Notes under the pieces: generated by a model
Databases searched by the model: none
Told to the model about the DNA's origin: nothing
Seen by the model: the letters and a program-made list of their open reading frames with translations, nothing else
Translations under genes and position numbers: made by a program
Part shown: in pieces, positions 36,935-60,700 of the stretch
Layout: each line of letters opens with the position of its first letter
Numbering within the stretch: the first letter of the stretch is position 1
Assembly: GCA_002269645.1 (NCBI GenBank)
Contig: NIVC01003291.1
Location: forward strand, 1 to 64,000
Direction of reading: 5' to 3'
Source: Macrostomum lignano
Taxonomy: Eukaryota
Length of the DNA: 64,000 nucleotides

Positions 36935-39270
36935 AGAGCAGTGTAGATTAGTGAAGAGTAGATTAGTGAAGAGTAGATTAGTGAAGGGTAGATTAGTGAA
37001 GGGTCATGAAAGGGTAGATTAGTGAAGTGTAGATTAGTGAAGGGTAGATTAGTGAAGGGTAGATTAGTGAAGAGTAGATTAGTGAAGAGTAGATTAGTGA
37101 AGGGTAGAGTAGTGAAGGGTCATGAAAGGGTAGATTAGTGAAGTGTAGATTAGTGAAGGGTAGATTAGTGAAGGGTAGATTAGTGAAGAGTAGATTAGTG
37201 AAGGGTAGATTAGTGAAGAGTAGATTAGTGAAGAGTAGATTAGTGAAGAGTAGATTAGTGAAGGGTAGATTAGTGAAGAGTAGATTAGTGAAGAGTAGAT
37301 TAGTGAAGGGTAGATTAGTGAAGGGTAGATTAGTGAAGAGTAGATTAGTGAAGAGTAGATTAGTGAAGGGTAGATTAGTGAAGGGTAGATTAGTGAAGGA
37401 TAGATTAGTGAAGGGTAGATTAGTGAAGGGTAGATTAGTGAAGGGTAGATTAGTGAAGGGTAGATTAGTGAAGGGTAGATTAGTGAAGGGTAGATTAGTG
37501 AAGGGTAGATTAGTGAAGGGTAGATTAGTGAAGGGTAGATTAGTGAAGGGTAGATTAGTGAAGGATAGATTACTGAAGAGTAGATTAGTGAAGGGTAGAT
37601 TAGTGAAGGGTAGATTAGTGAAGAGTAGATTAGTGAAGGGTAGATTAGTGAAGGGTAGATTAGTGAAGGGTAGATTAGTGAAGAGTAGATTAGTGAAGGG
37701 TAGATTAGTGAAGGGTAGATTAGTGAAGGATAGATTAGTGAAGAGTAGATTAGTGAAGGGTAGATTAGTGAAGGGTAGATTAGTGAAGAGTAGATTAGTG
37801 AAGAGTAGATTAGTGAAGGGTAGATTAGTGAAGGGTAGATTAGTGAAGGGTAGATTAGTGAAGGGTAGATTAGTGAAGGGTAGATTAGTGAAGAGTAGAT
37901 TAGTGAAGGGTAGATTAGTGAAGGGTAGATTAGTGAAGGGTAGATTAGTGAAGGGTAGATTAGTGAAGGGTAGATTAGTGAAGGGTAGATTAGTGAAGGG
38001 TAGATTAGTGAAGGGTAGATTAGTGAAGGGTAGATTAGTGAAGGGTAGATTAGTGAAGGGTAGATTAGTGAAGGGTAGATTAGTGAAGGGTAGATTAGTG
38101 AAGGGTAGATTAGTGAAGGGTAGATTAGTGAAGGGTAGATTAGTGAAGAGTAGATTAGTGAAGGGTAGATTAGTGAAGGGTAGATTAGTGAAGAGTAGAT
38201 TAGTGAAGGGTAGATTAGTGAAGAGTAGATTAGTGAAGGGTAGATTAGTGAAGGGTAGATTAGTGAAGGGTAGATTAGTGAAGGGTAGATTAGTGAAGAG
38301 TAGATTAGTGAAGGGTAGATTAGTGAAGGGTAGATTAGTGAAGAGTAGATTAGTGAAGGGTAGATTAGTGAAGGGTAGATTAGTGAAGGGTAGATTAGTG
38401 AAGGGTAGATTAGTGAAGGGTAGATTAGTGAAGGGTAGATTAGTGAAGGGTAGATTAGTGAAGAGTAGATTAGTGAAGAGTAGATTAGTGAAGGGTAGAT
38501 TAGTGAAGAGTAGATTAGTGAAGGGTAGATTAGTGAAGAGTAGATTAGTGAAGGGTAGATTAGTGAAGGGTAGATTAGTGAAGAGTAGATTAGTGAAGGG
38601 TAGATTAGTGAAGGGTAGATTAGTGAAGGGTAGATTAGTGAAGAGTAGATTAGTGAAGGGTAGATTAGTGAAGGGTAGATTAGTGAAGGGTAGATTAGTG
38701 AAGGGTAGATTAGTGAAGGGTAGATTAGTGAAGGGTAGATTAGTGAAGGGTAGATTAGTGAAGGGTAGATTAGTGAAGGGTAGATTAGTGAAGGGTAGAT
38801 TAGTGAAGGGTAGATTAGTGAAGGGTAGATTAGTGAAGGGTAGATTAGTGAAGGGTAGATTAGTGAAGAGTAGATTAGTGAAGGGTAGATTAGTGAAGAG
38901 TAGATTAGTGAAGAGTAGATTAGTGAAGAGTAGATTAGTGAAGGGTAGATTAGTGAAGGGTAGATTAGTGAAGAGTAGATTAGTGAAGAGTAGATTAGTG
39001 AAGGGTAGATTAGTGAAGGATAGATTAGTGAAGAGTAGATTAGTGAAGGGTAGATTAGTGAAGGGTAGATTAGTGAAGAGTAGATTAGTGAAGGGTAGAT
39101 TAGTGAAGGGTAGATTAGTGAAGAGTAGATTAGTGAAGAGTAGATTAGTGAAGGGTAGATTAGTGAAGGGTAGATTAGTGAAGAGTAGATTAGTGAAGGG
39201 TAGATTAGTGAAGGGTAGATTAGTGAAGAGTAGATTAGTGAAGGGTAGAGTAGGGAAGGGTAGAGTAGAG
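36935..39270. repeat. 15-bp minisatellite, ~155 copies, two main variants (gtagattagtgaagG / ...gaagA)
   Basis: Direct repetition; explains ORFs 36993..39308 and 37138..39423. Confidence 0.97.
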
Positions 39271-40624
39271 GAGGGTGGAGCGTCAGTAGCGAAAGTGCCT
39301 ATCTGCACCTGGGCGCCCTATGCAGCCCTGAGCAGTCCCAGTTTACAATGCAGCCCAAATACTCTCAAGTCGCCAAGTAGGCAAAAGAAAGTAGAAGGCC
39401 ATAAACTCCGCATTGATGCATAATGATTCAGTGGGATCAGATTGCAGTTAATCCGCTAGCGAAATAAAATATGAGGCTCAGGGAGAACTCCTGCAGTGAG
39501 TCCCGGTGTTAATCCTCCGGTCCGCGGCTCTCCGTATCTCACTGGACTCCTGCTGAGCGCCGCGGTCTGCTCGATTCTTGAGTCAAGACCTGATTTAGTG
39601 AGGGGGTCTTAAGTCCAGAGCTTGCCGTGCGAAGCCAGGGGCGACTCATCCACCCTTCATCTCACCCTGCACTCTATGCATCTCACCCTACGTTTGCCAT
39701 GCATCTCACCCTGCACTCTCTATGCATCTCGGCTCGGTCCTGAATCACAACCCGAACTCCGCCCTAAATCACACCCCTGAGCCATAGCTGTCAAATCTAT
39801 AAGAACTAGCTTTGACTTGCTCAACCTCAAAAGCTACGTTGATGGAGAGAGAAGCGAGGGGGGCAAGGAAAGTGAGGCTGGATCCGCAGCATCGTCACTG
39901 GAGTAGCCGGGGCCACCGCCCCCCCCCCTCAGCCTCCGCCGATCCCCGCTTAATCCCGATGCGAGGATTTGGGAGGGCATTCAGCTTTTTTTCCCTGGGA
40001 ATTGGGGAATAAAGAGAAAGAGATGAAGAATGCGCTGCCCGCTCGTGTGCGAAGGGAGGGTGCGGGGCGATGAAGCGAAGTTGATGGGGGGCCGGGGAGT
40101 CCGGGGCCTAAGCCATAATTCCAGAAGACCGATATTGAGCAGGCAAACAAACACACACCCACACGCACGAGCAGCCAGAGTCGGTGGGGACTCAGCCCCC
40201 CCCCGGGGTCCCCTTTCAATCCGTTAATGGATTGGGGATCGGGGAAGCTCGCTGAGGCCGCTGTTTGGGATGCCTATTTATGGATGATGGGACGGCCGCA
40301 CAATGCCAGGCAACCCGTTGCAAAAAAATTTACTGAAAAAAACTCTGTCTCAGAAAAATCTAGCTGTCTCTAGCAGTTAAAACTCGCTCTAAATTGGAAA
40401 TTTTTCGACTCGCAAATCCCTCATTGGCATTGTGACTTTCCTAAACTGCTAGGTCTATGATAGACTTTAGTGAACCAGAACTGGTTAGTTTACAAATTGT
40501 TAATTAAATGTGTTCGCGCGATGCCTTTAGCTGAACTGAACCGATCACAAATTTTATTTCTTAGAAATCTGTCTCTAATAAAGTCGTCCTTGATCACGTG
40601 ACGCCAGTTTGGCATCACGTGATT

Positions 40625-41160
40625 TTAAAGAGTGCAGATCACGTGATGCCAAGCTGGAGTGTAAAGAGTGCAGATCACGTGATGCCAAGCTGGAGTGTAA
40701 AGAGTGCAGATCACGTGATGCCAAGCTGGAGTGTAAAGAGTGCAGATCACGTGATGCCAAGCTGGAGTGTAAAGAGTGCAGATCACGTGATGCCAAGCTG
40801 GAGTGTAAAGAGTGCAGATCACGTGATGCCAAGCTGGAGTGTAAAGAGTGCAGATCACGTGATGCCAAGCTGGAGTGTAAAGAGTGCAGATCACGTGATG
40901 CCAAGCTGGAGTGTAAAGAGTGCAGATCACGTGATGCCAAGCTGGAGTGTAAAGAGTGCAGATCACGTGATGCCAAGCTGGAGTGTAAAGAGTGCAGATC
41001 ACGTGATGCCAAGCTGGAGTGTAAAGAGTGCAGATCACGTGATGCCAAGCTGGAGTGTAAAGAGTGCAGATCACGTGATGCCAAGCTGGAGTGTAAAGAG
41101 TGCAGATCACGTGATGCCAAGCTGGAGTGTAAAGAGTGCAGATCACGTGATGCCAAAGTG
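40625..41160. repeat. 36-bp near-perfect minisatellite, 15 copies, each with ATCACGTGAT
   Basis: agtgcagatcacgtgatgccaagctggagtgtaaag. Confidence 0.96.
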
Positions 41161-42028
41161 CGAATCACGTAATTCCTGTGTTGTTGAGCAGACAACTTTA
41201 CTAACTGCGCTACCAGCGATCCAAACAGAATCAAAAGTCCCACACCTTTCCTCCAAGCACCTGATGCATTCCTGCAATCAGCAAATTTTAATTAACTGAG
41301 AACGCGAAGGCATTCTTGAGTTCTCAGATTTCAGCTTTGCTTCTACACAGAGGGCTCAAAACATAGAGACACGCAGCGGCCTCTCTATCATCTCTGTCTG
41401 GCAGCGGATTGTTTGCCCAAGCAAGCCAAGCTGGCAAGCGAGATGGCGCACAGAAATTGCTTCTGTTTGGCGTCCCGCTCTCCATTTTGTGCGCCTGTCT
41501 GACGGAAATTGAGTCCCAGCTCACTCAGACGGTCAGCATCGCGGACCAGTGCGGAAATTGCCAGCAGAGGGGGTGGTCTGGGCTATAGCGGAGATTTGAG
41601 TTTGAGCGGAGAGCTGAGTTACTCCAGGCGGTGCCGCACAATGGCCTGCGGGATATTGGCGACCAGAGGCAGTGGAGAGTGATCGGGGAGGTGATATTTA
41701 AGAAAAGATTCGCAGAACTTTCTGAACTTTCGATCTACGAACTCTTCGATGGCGCATCTCATTAACTTTGACCGGACCGCCCGCCGTATCACTGCTTCAT
41801 CTCATCTCAGCTCATCTCTTTCTCTCCCCATCTCGCAGTCTCCCCCTCTTCTTCATCGCTGCCATTCCGGAGGGCAAAAATCTGGAAATTCCCGACCGAC
41901 GCCAAGTGGCCCATTATTATTGATTTCTGTTTTTTGGAGAAAAGAATGCCCTCGCATCGTGGGAAAAGTCGACGCACGATGAAACAGTTGGAAATGGAAA
42001 TGGAACCCCCCGACTCCTTGCTCAACTA

Positions 42029-52948
<10,920 letters not shown>

Positions 52949-55139
52949 CGAATTAATTAACTATCCGCAATAATCTGGAGTTCGCCACACGGATGCAAAG
53001 CTTGTATTGTTGGTTTGATTCGAGTTGCAGCTTCATAATTGATGGCGCCTATCATTTACCTATTAATTTTTGTTTTCAAACTTTAAAGCCGTTAAGCTTA
53101 ATGTTAATTTCTCTTATAGCTTACTATTAGTAGCATAGTTTGATAAGCCGCCGAAACATGTGAGTTTTTAACAAATGAATATACTTCAACTAATAAAATC
53201 TAGTTATCTTATTTTGTCTCAAGTGTTTTTGTTGTTTTTGCTTGGCAAAATTAGTGGCAATCATCTTATGCCCATTACTTATGAATTATGCATATTTCTG
53301 CTGCTTATATAAACTATAACTTATTTTAACCTATTTTAATATTGCAAAATGCAATTTGAACCTATAGTCACTCTAAAACCCTATTCACTTTTATTCCATG
53401 CCAATTGCTGTTGATGAAATATTCTTCAGAAATTAATCCGAAAACAAAGCATAATCATTTTCTAGACTTTATCCAGTTTTTAGTTGTTTTACATTTAGAG
53501 TCGATATATCAAAGTATATGTGCTACTCTTGATATTTTCTGATCACTTTAGCTGTTTATTCTGTCTATGGCCAGTCCCACTGTACGCGTGAATGTATACC
53601 TACACTATTGCACGGACAGTTAATTAAGAATTAACAATATTTTTTACATTTGCTTTAATATAGCTTTACTTTTTAGAATGTTCGTAACAGAGAAATTTTA
53701 TCTCATTTATCTGTCATGTCTGTGTTGATCAACTAATTGCACTGAACACTATTATTAGTAGTACCTAGCTCAGTAGTTGTTAAAAATCTGTTTACGTATA
53801 AAAAATTATTTACTTATTGGCCTGTGCAGTTTTTTGTTCTAGATAGGCTAAAGAAAAGATAGCATATTTTCTCAGTTTAAATGACATATAGTTTTGCAGT
53901 TTATCTATGTAGTTATTCGAATGCTTATTAATATGCGACTATATCTGTTGTTACACTAATTACCAAAAATAACGGTACTTGTACTGTACATGTACTTAAT
54001 TGTGTTTACCGCGTAGTACATGCATGCAAGCTAGTTTTCGTTGTGAATTTAGTGCAGTCTAAAATTACATCTAAATAAAAACAAACCTAGAAAAAGAATC
54101 ATTTTGTGTTCAGCATTATCAAAAGAGAACGTGTGTCATTTTTTAATGCTAGCTTAAGTCCACTAATTTACACAGCAGCTCTAAATGTATAAAATTGCTG
54201 TCTGCATGGTTTGCTTTCCTAATCTGCTATATATAGCTGCAGGTCTCGATCACATGATGCATCACATGTAGCTAACAAGTCTGTCTCCCGCGGGTGTGAG
54301 CGTTTTTTGTCCCTCAAAATTTACATGTACTGTACGTTACGTAATACCGTACACAGGTGTCAGATGTGATTGTATCCTGTATGCCATGTATATTTAGCTA
54401 ACTGTAGATTTTGGTTAATTTAATTAGAGCTAGTGCGCGCGTCGAGATTGTCTCATAAAATGGAGTTAAGGCCATACTTTAAGCTACCTTGAGAGGCTGA
54501 TGGCCGTCCGATTCTCAGAGGTTATATACTCAGAGCTGGATTTACTGATTCCAGCTTGCCTGTCTGAATCTAAAGGTTGCACATGTGCAGCCGGCCGGTT
54601 TGCGTGCAGGTCTGCTGGGCAGCTAGCTGCATGATCTGCTCTAAATAGAAAAGTAATATATGCATGTTTTTCTCGGCTGTCTTTTGGTCTTCTGTATGGT
54701 CTGGTTCTGCAGAGCCGCGGTTACGATCGATATGGTCAAAACACAAACTGGCGTCAATGAAGGAGCCAGCTACATGTACATGTATACTAGGCAAGTGGCC
54801 CAATTGTCTAAATCTAAACTATTAATTAAATTGGAACTCTCAAAAAATAAAAGTGTTTTACTGAATGGAAAGCTACTGAAACACTTACTCAGAGAAGAAT
54901 GCAACCTTTTTAAGGTTCTCTCGCTGACGCCTAGAAGAAATGCGCGAATAGCTGGGCATATGGCTCCTGCGAACTGCTTTGGGGATCACCAATGTCAATA
55001 TGATCAATTTCATTAAAACTCTGCCTTTGGAGGCCTTAGATTTGCCTTAGATTTAAAAAGAAAAGTACCGCAAAGACAGTTAAAATATCAGTTAGCAAGA
55101 GGGAGTTGAGAAGCGGAAGCAGTAGAAGCAGGTGGATTA

Positions 55140-55390
55140 GCAACAGCTGCTAAGGATTTACTCTCGCAATTCTGTCTTTCCGTAAGCGCGCTCGTGTGTC
55201 GTTAGTCACGATTACGCTCGTTTTCTGTTTAAAATCTACGTGCACGTGCGCCGTCACAACTCGGGATCGCGCGGACGGCCGAGGGTCCTTATTAAATTTT
55301 TTATCAAGAATTCGAATCCTACAACAGGAGTCTACTATGGCCTACTCTATTACAGATACGATGGAATGATAAAGTATTTCGTATGTAAGT
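55140..55390 (+). promoter_or_regulatory. CpG-rich patch followed by a donor-like GTATGTAAGT; candidate MRE11 promoter or non-coding first exon
   Basis: Dense CpGs at 55185-55280, donor-like site at 55381/55385, strong acceptor tttttcag ending at 57453 just before the ATG. Confidence 0.4.
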
Positions 55391-56221
55391 TAGCTAGCTG
55401 CTTGTTGATAGTTAGCCAGTGATTTTAAAAATAACATGAAGTATAGCTCAGATCCATTTTATAGAATTTTAAGCTCAAAGCACTAGCCAAAATGCACTAC
55501 AAGCACAAAAATGAACAAATATAAGTTAAAGTTCTGCCCAATTTTGGTTTATTTGTTTTAATTTTTTACCTAAATATGAGTAAGCCTACTTTTAGTCTTT
55601 TTAGTGATATTAAAATGCATAGCATAGGCATAGGGCCATCTTTTAATGCTTATATTATGTAGTTCTACTATTATTAAAGTGTAATGAAAGAAAATGTAGC
55701 ACTGTATTTAAATAAAGTATTGTTATAAAACATATAATTGTATTGTGAAGTATTTTTGGCTAGGCTCAAATTCAAAACAACATAAGAGTAAAAAATTGAA
55801 ATAGTCATTAAATATTTCCACAGTTCAAGCAAAATAAGCAAAGCCTCTAGGTCTATCTAAATAGTATGTTGTCATTGTCAGATCTATTGGTTTTATATTT
55901 ATAATATTGTTCATTGTTAAAATATTATAATATAATTGAAACATAATCAAAACATATGTTGTACCTAGCCTATAGGTGAAGCAGAGCCTAATATTTTAGG
56001 AGAAGCACCAGGCATGGAGCATGGGAGCACAGTGTCTCTATAAGCTGCTGATTAGGGCCTAAAATCAGAAAAAAAGCATAAAAAATTACCAATAGTACAA
56101 GTGTAGCTAATTAATAAGCATTTAAATATTAGAAACTGAAAAGTGCAGGAGAGCACAATGCATTGTGTGCCATATGGACTTATTTTCTTAGGGGGACATC
56201 CCACCAATGCCACTAGCTCCT

Positions 56222-56375
56222 GTCGCCCATAGTAGCCTAGTGGTTAGAAAATAAGACTTATAACTTAAAGGTTGAGGGTTCAATTTATAATCCTACTAGG
56301 CCTAGAACAATTTGTGTCCTTGAGCAAGACATTTAACTCTACAATACTTCAGTTTACCTAGCCATAAAATGGGTA
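56222..56375 (+). mobile_element. Decayed tRNA-head SINE with a CORE/MIR-like domain
   Basis: Box A TAGCCTAGTGG, degenerate box B gggttcaat; tgtgtccttgagcaagacatttaac...tcagttt...taaaatggg resembles the CORE consensus. Confidence 0.6.
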
Positions 56376-57466
56376 AAAATGGCTTTTAGGTCCTTTGAAA
56401 CTTAGTAAAAGCAATTTAGTCTTACTTAAATATTTGTCTTTTATTAGCTCTTTTCTTTTTCAACTTTATTTTTATTCATCTCTATTTTCTTTATCCTGTT
56501 ATCCCTCCTCTCTTCTTTACTATTTTTTATCTGCTTCTCCTCTCTTCTTTTTATTTATTTATTTCTCTTCTCTCCTTCTCTATTGGAATAAATTTAAATG
56601 CAACAATCATCTAAGCTACATAGATATTTCATCTGTGGCAGGCTATACCATCTCTTATTGGAGAATATTTGCTTGGTTTCTATATGAAGCTTAGCTTGTA
56701 TGCTCAGCTGTAATAGAACCTATCTTATCTAAGTCTATGTCATGGGCTATGAAGCTTCTTTTGAAGGCTATGAAGCTATCATAGGCTAAAATGCTCCTTT
56801 GAAGCTTTTCTATGCTTATAAAGTGCTTCTACTACAAACCATTCATTTATCCTTTTCTCCTTTTTGCTATACCACACTTGGCTGCCAAAGGGGTCTATCT
56901 GAACAGTGATTAGCCAATTGCAAAAATGGTATATTTTTCCTATATGGCCTCTCCTTTCTTCTCTTATCTGACTTACAACCATGAGCTAGATTCTTAATCT
57001 AGCACCCCTAATTCAGTGAAGGGAGTCTATGTGGATGGCATCCTATATGGATAAAGAAACCAACTGATATATTTTGCACGCTTGATTATGTTTAAAATCC
57101 TCAAATTGAGAAGTGCTCAAATTTATATTATATAAAAGCCTGCTTCAACCCCTTAAAGATTACCCTTAGTTGCTACATGTGTTGTTATAATCTTGTGCAG
57201 CTAAGGCATCTAGGAGCAAAGTTTGTCCATGCACTTTTTAATCAATTTTAGATTCACTCCAATAAGGGTCTGTCCAGGTGCTAGTAACAGTTCTCAAAAT
57301 CATTGGCCTTCACTATTAATGACTAGTCTAGTAATGCTCATGACCCATAGACTAAGTACAGTTCATAAATCTAAAATATAGTTTCCCTGATGAATATTTC
57401 TTGAGAATATCATGATTAGTCTTAAGTGCTGCCAAAAAAAATAATTTTTTCAGCTAATCTGTCAAG

Positions 57467-57748
57467 ATGTCGGAAGCGAATATGGACTTAGCTGATAGCT
57501 CTGACATGTTCAAAATCTTGCTGGCCACTGACAACCATGTAGGCTACATGGAGAAGGACGGCGTGCGGTATCGGGACTCTGTTAATACTCTAGAAGAGAT
57601 TCTGTCCATCGCTCAGAGAGAGGAAGTGGACTTCCTGCTGCTTGGTGGCGACCTGTTCCACGAGAACTGCCCCAGCACCTACACCATGCACTCCTGTGTG
57701 AGACTGATTCGGCAGTACTGCTTTGGCGATAGGCCCGTGCAGTTTCAG
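57467..57748 (+). CDS. MRE11: MRE11 coding exon 1
   Basis: [23 protein letters not shown]. Donor CAG|GTGAGC. Confidence 0.94.
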
Positions 57749-60700
57749 GTGAGCGGCTCTGATAGATTAGCAATCCATATTGGCTAGATTAGCTATCCAT
57801 ATTGGCTGGATTAGCAATCCATATTGGCTAGATTAGCAATCCATATTGGCTGGATTAGCTATCCATATTGTCTAGATTAGCAATCCATATTTTCTAGATT
57901 AGCAATCCATATTGTCTAGATTAGCTATCCATATTGACTAGATTAGCAATCTATAATAGCTAGATTATCAATCCATATTGGCTGGATTAGCAATCCATAT
58001 TGGCTGGATTAGCAATCCATAATAGCTAGATTAGCAATCCATATTGGCTGGATTAGCAATCCATAATAGCTAGATTAGCAATCCATATTGGCTGGATTAG
58101 CAATCCATAATAGCTAGATTAGCAATCCATATTGGCTGGATTAGCAATCCATATTGGCTGGATTACCAATCCATATTCACTAGATTAGCAATCCATAATA
58201 GCTAGATTAGCAATCCATATTGGCTGGATTAGCAATCCATATTAGCTAGATTAGCAATCCATATTGGCTAGATTAGCAATCCATATTGGCTAGATTAGCA
58301 ATCCATATTGGCTGGATTAGCAATCCATATTAGCTAGATTAGCAATCCATATTGGCTAGATTAGCAATCCATATAGGCTAGATTAGCAATCCATATTGGC
58401 TGGATTAGCAATCCATATTGGCTGGATTAGCAATCCATATTGACTAGATTAGCAATCCATATTGGCTAGTTTAGCAATCCATATTGGCTAGATTAGCAAT
58501 CCATATTGGCTAGATTAGCAATCCATATTGGCTAGATTAGCAATCCATATTGGCTAGATTAGCAAGCCATATTGGCTAGATTAGCAATCCATATTGGCTA
58601 GATTAGCAATCCATATTGGCTGGATTAGCAATCCATATTAGCTAGATTAGCAATCCATATTGGCTAGATTAGCAAGCCATATTAGCTAGATTAGCAATCC
58701 ATATTGGCTGGATTAGCAATCCATATTGGCTAGATTAGCAATCCATATTCACTGGATTAGCAATTCATATTGGCTAGAGTAGCAATCCATATTGGCTAGA
58801 TTAGCAATCCATATTCACTAGATTAGCAATCCATATTGGCTAGATTAGCAATCCATATTCACTGGATTAGCAATCCATATTGGCTAGAGTAGCAATCCAT
58901 ATTGGCTAGATTAGCAATCCATATTGGCTAGATTAGCAATCCATATTCACTAGATTAGCAATCCATATTGGCTGGATTATCGGTCCCGCTCGCCAGGTGC
59001 TCAGCGACCAGGCGCAGAACTTTCAGCACAGGCGTCAGCAGCGCGCCGCTGCCAGCGCCGACGGCGACCCCGGCGACTGCGGCGGAGTCAACTTCGAGGA
59101 CGCCAACCTGAACGTCAGCGTGCCGGTGTTCATTGTCCACGGCAATCACGACGATCCACTCGGCAGGGAGGGCCTCAGCGCTCTCGATGTCCTTGACTCT
59201 GCCGGCCTGGTCAACCTGTTTGGCAAGCACGACAATGTGGAGACGGTGGAGCTGTCTCCCATTCTCATGGCCAAAGGCAGCACCAGGCTGGCTCTGTACG
59301 GCCTGGGCAACATCCGGGATGAACGATTGCACGACCTCTTTGTTCAGCAGGCTGTGACTGTGCTCAGTCCAGAGGAGGATCAAGATTCTTGGTTCAACCT
59401 CTTGGTGGTGCACCAGGTTTGTGTGCTGTGAGGTTTAGTTTAGCTACTGGGGTCACGCACACAGGGTGTACAGGGGCCTTGACCTTCCCACTGTCATACA
59501 GTGTACATGTACACACTGTGGTTAGTCCACATGTCATGGACGGGAATCGCACAAATTAATGACATTTAAGCTATCTTAGATGTGCGCCAATGCACTAATT
59601 ATGCTACTGTCAGTAGCAAGCTCACGCATTCCCCACTATCCGTTGGGGCCGCAGAATCGCAGCAAGCACGGCCAGACAAATTACCTGCCGGAGAGTTTCA
59701 TCAATCCCATCATAGACCTGGTGATGTGGGGCCACGAGCACGAGTGCCGGATCGTGCCGGAGCGGAACGCCCAGACTGGCGTCTTCATCACCCAGCCCGG
59801 CAGCTCCGTTGCCACCTCGCTGTGCCCGGGCGAGGCTGTGCAGAAACAAGTCGGCCTGTTGTACATCAAAGGCAGGGACTTCCGCATCGAGCCAATACCC
59901 CTCGACTCCGTGCGCCCGTTCGTGTTCGACACGCTCTGTCTGGCCGAGCGAAGGGTGCCAGTGACCTCGAGTAGCGAGGATCTGCAGGTTGTGTTGCTTT
60001 CTTAACTGTCGCTTTTTGAGTTGTATTTAATGTACTAAAGCAGCTGTGCTAATCCCCAATTTTCCCCCAGTCAGTTCTCAGGTGGGATTCAAAGCAGCTG
60101 CGCTAATCCCCACTTTTCCCCAGTCAGTTCTCAGGTGGGATTCAAAGCAGCTGCGCTAATCCCCACTTTTCCCCAGTCAGTTCTCAGGTGGGGTTTAAAG
60201 CAGCTGTACTAATCCCCACTTTCCCCAGTCAGTTCTCAGGTGGGATTCAAAGCAGCTGTGCTAATCCCCAATTTTCCCCAGTCAGTTCTCAGGTGGGGTT
60301 TAAAGCAGCTGTACTAATCCCCACTTTCCCCAGTCAGTTCTCAGGTGGGATTCAAAGCAGCTGCGCTAATCCCCACTTTTCCCCAGTCAGTTCTCAGGTG
60401 GGATTTAAAGCAGCTGTACTAATCCCCACTTTTCCCCAGTCAGTTCTCAGGTGGGATTTAAAGCAGCTGTACTAATCCCCACTTTTCCCCAGTCAGTTCT
60501 CAGGTGGGATTCAAAGCAGCTGTACTAATCCCCACTTCCCCAGTCAGGTAAGATTCCAGCTCAACAGTCGCTATTCAATTCCACAAAAATGCACACATTC
60601 GATCCTATTATGAGTAGTGCAACGCAGCCGCCATGCTTATTTCCCTCGATCGCAGGCCCTGGTTGCCGCCCAAGTGGAGCTGCTAATCGAGCGGGCGGAG

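Noticed and set aside
36993-39423. 760-770 aa ORFs on both strands
   Set aside because: They are translations of a stop-free 15-bp tandem repeat, with no splice context or domain. The same applies to ORFs at 1376, 4051-5157, 5659, 27552, 30633, 34738, 40575-41299, 43606-46444, 49461-50505, 50764 and 51980.
41533-41552. RE1/NRSE-like motif (TCAGCATCGCGGACCAGTGC) upstream of VGLUT
   Set aside because: It needs an insertion to fit the consensus, and REST/RE1 is chordate-restricted, so probably coincidence.
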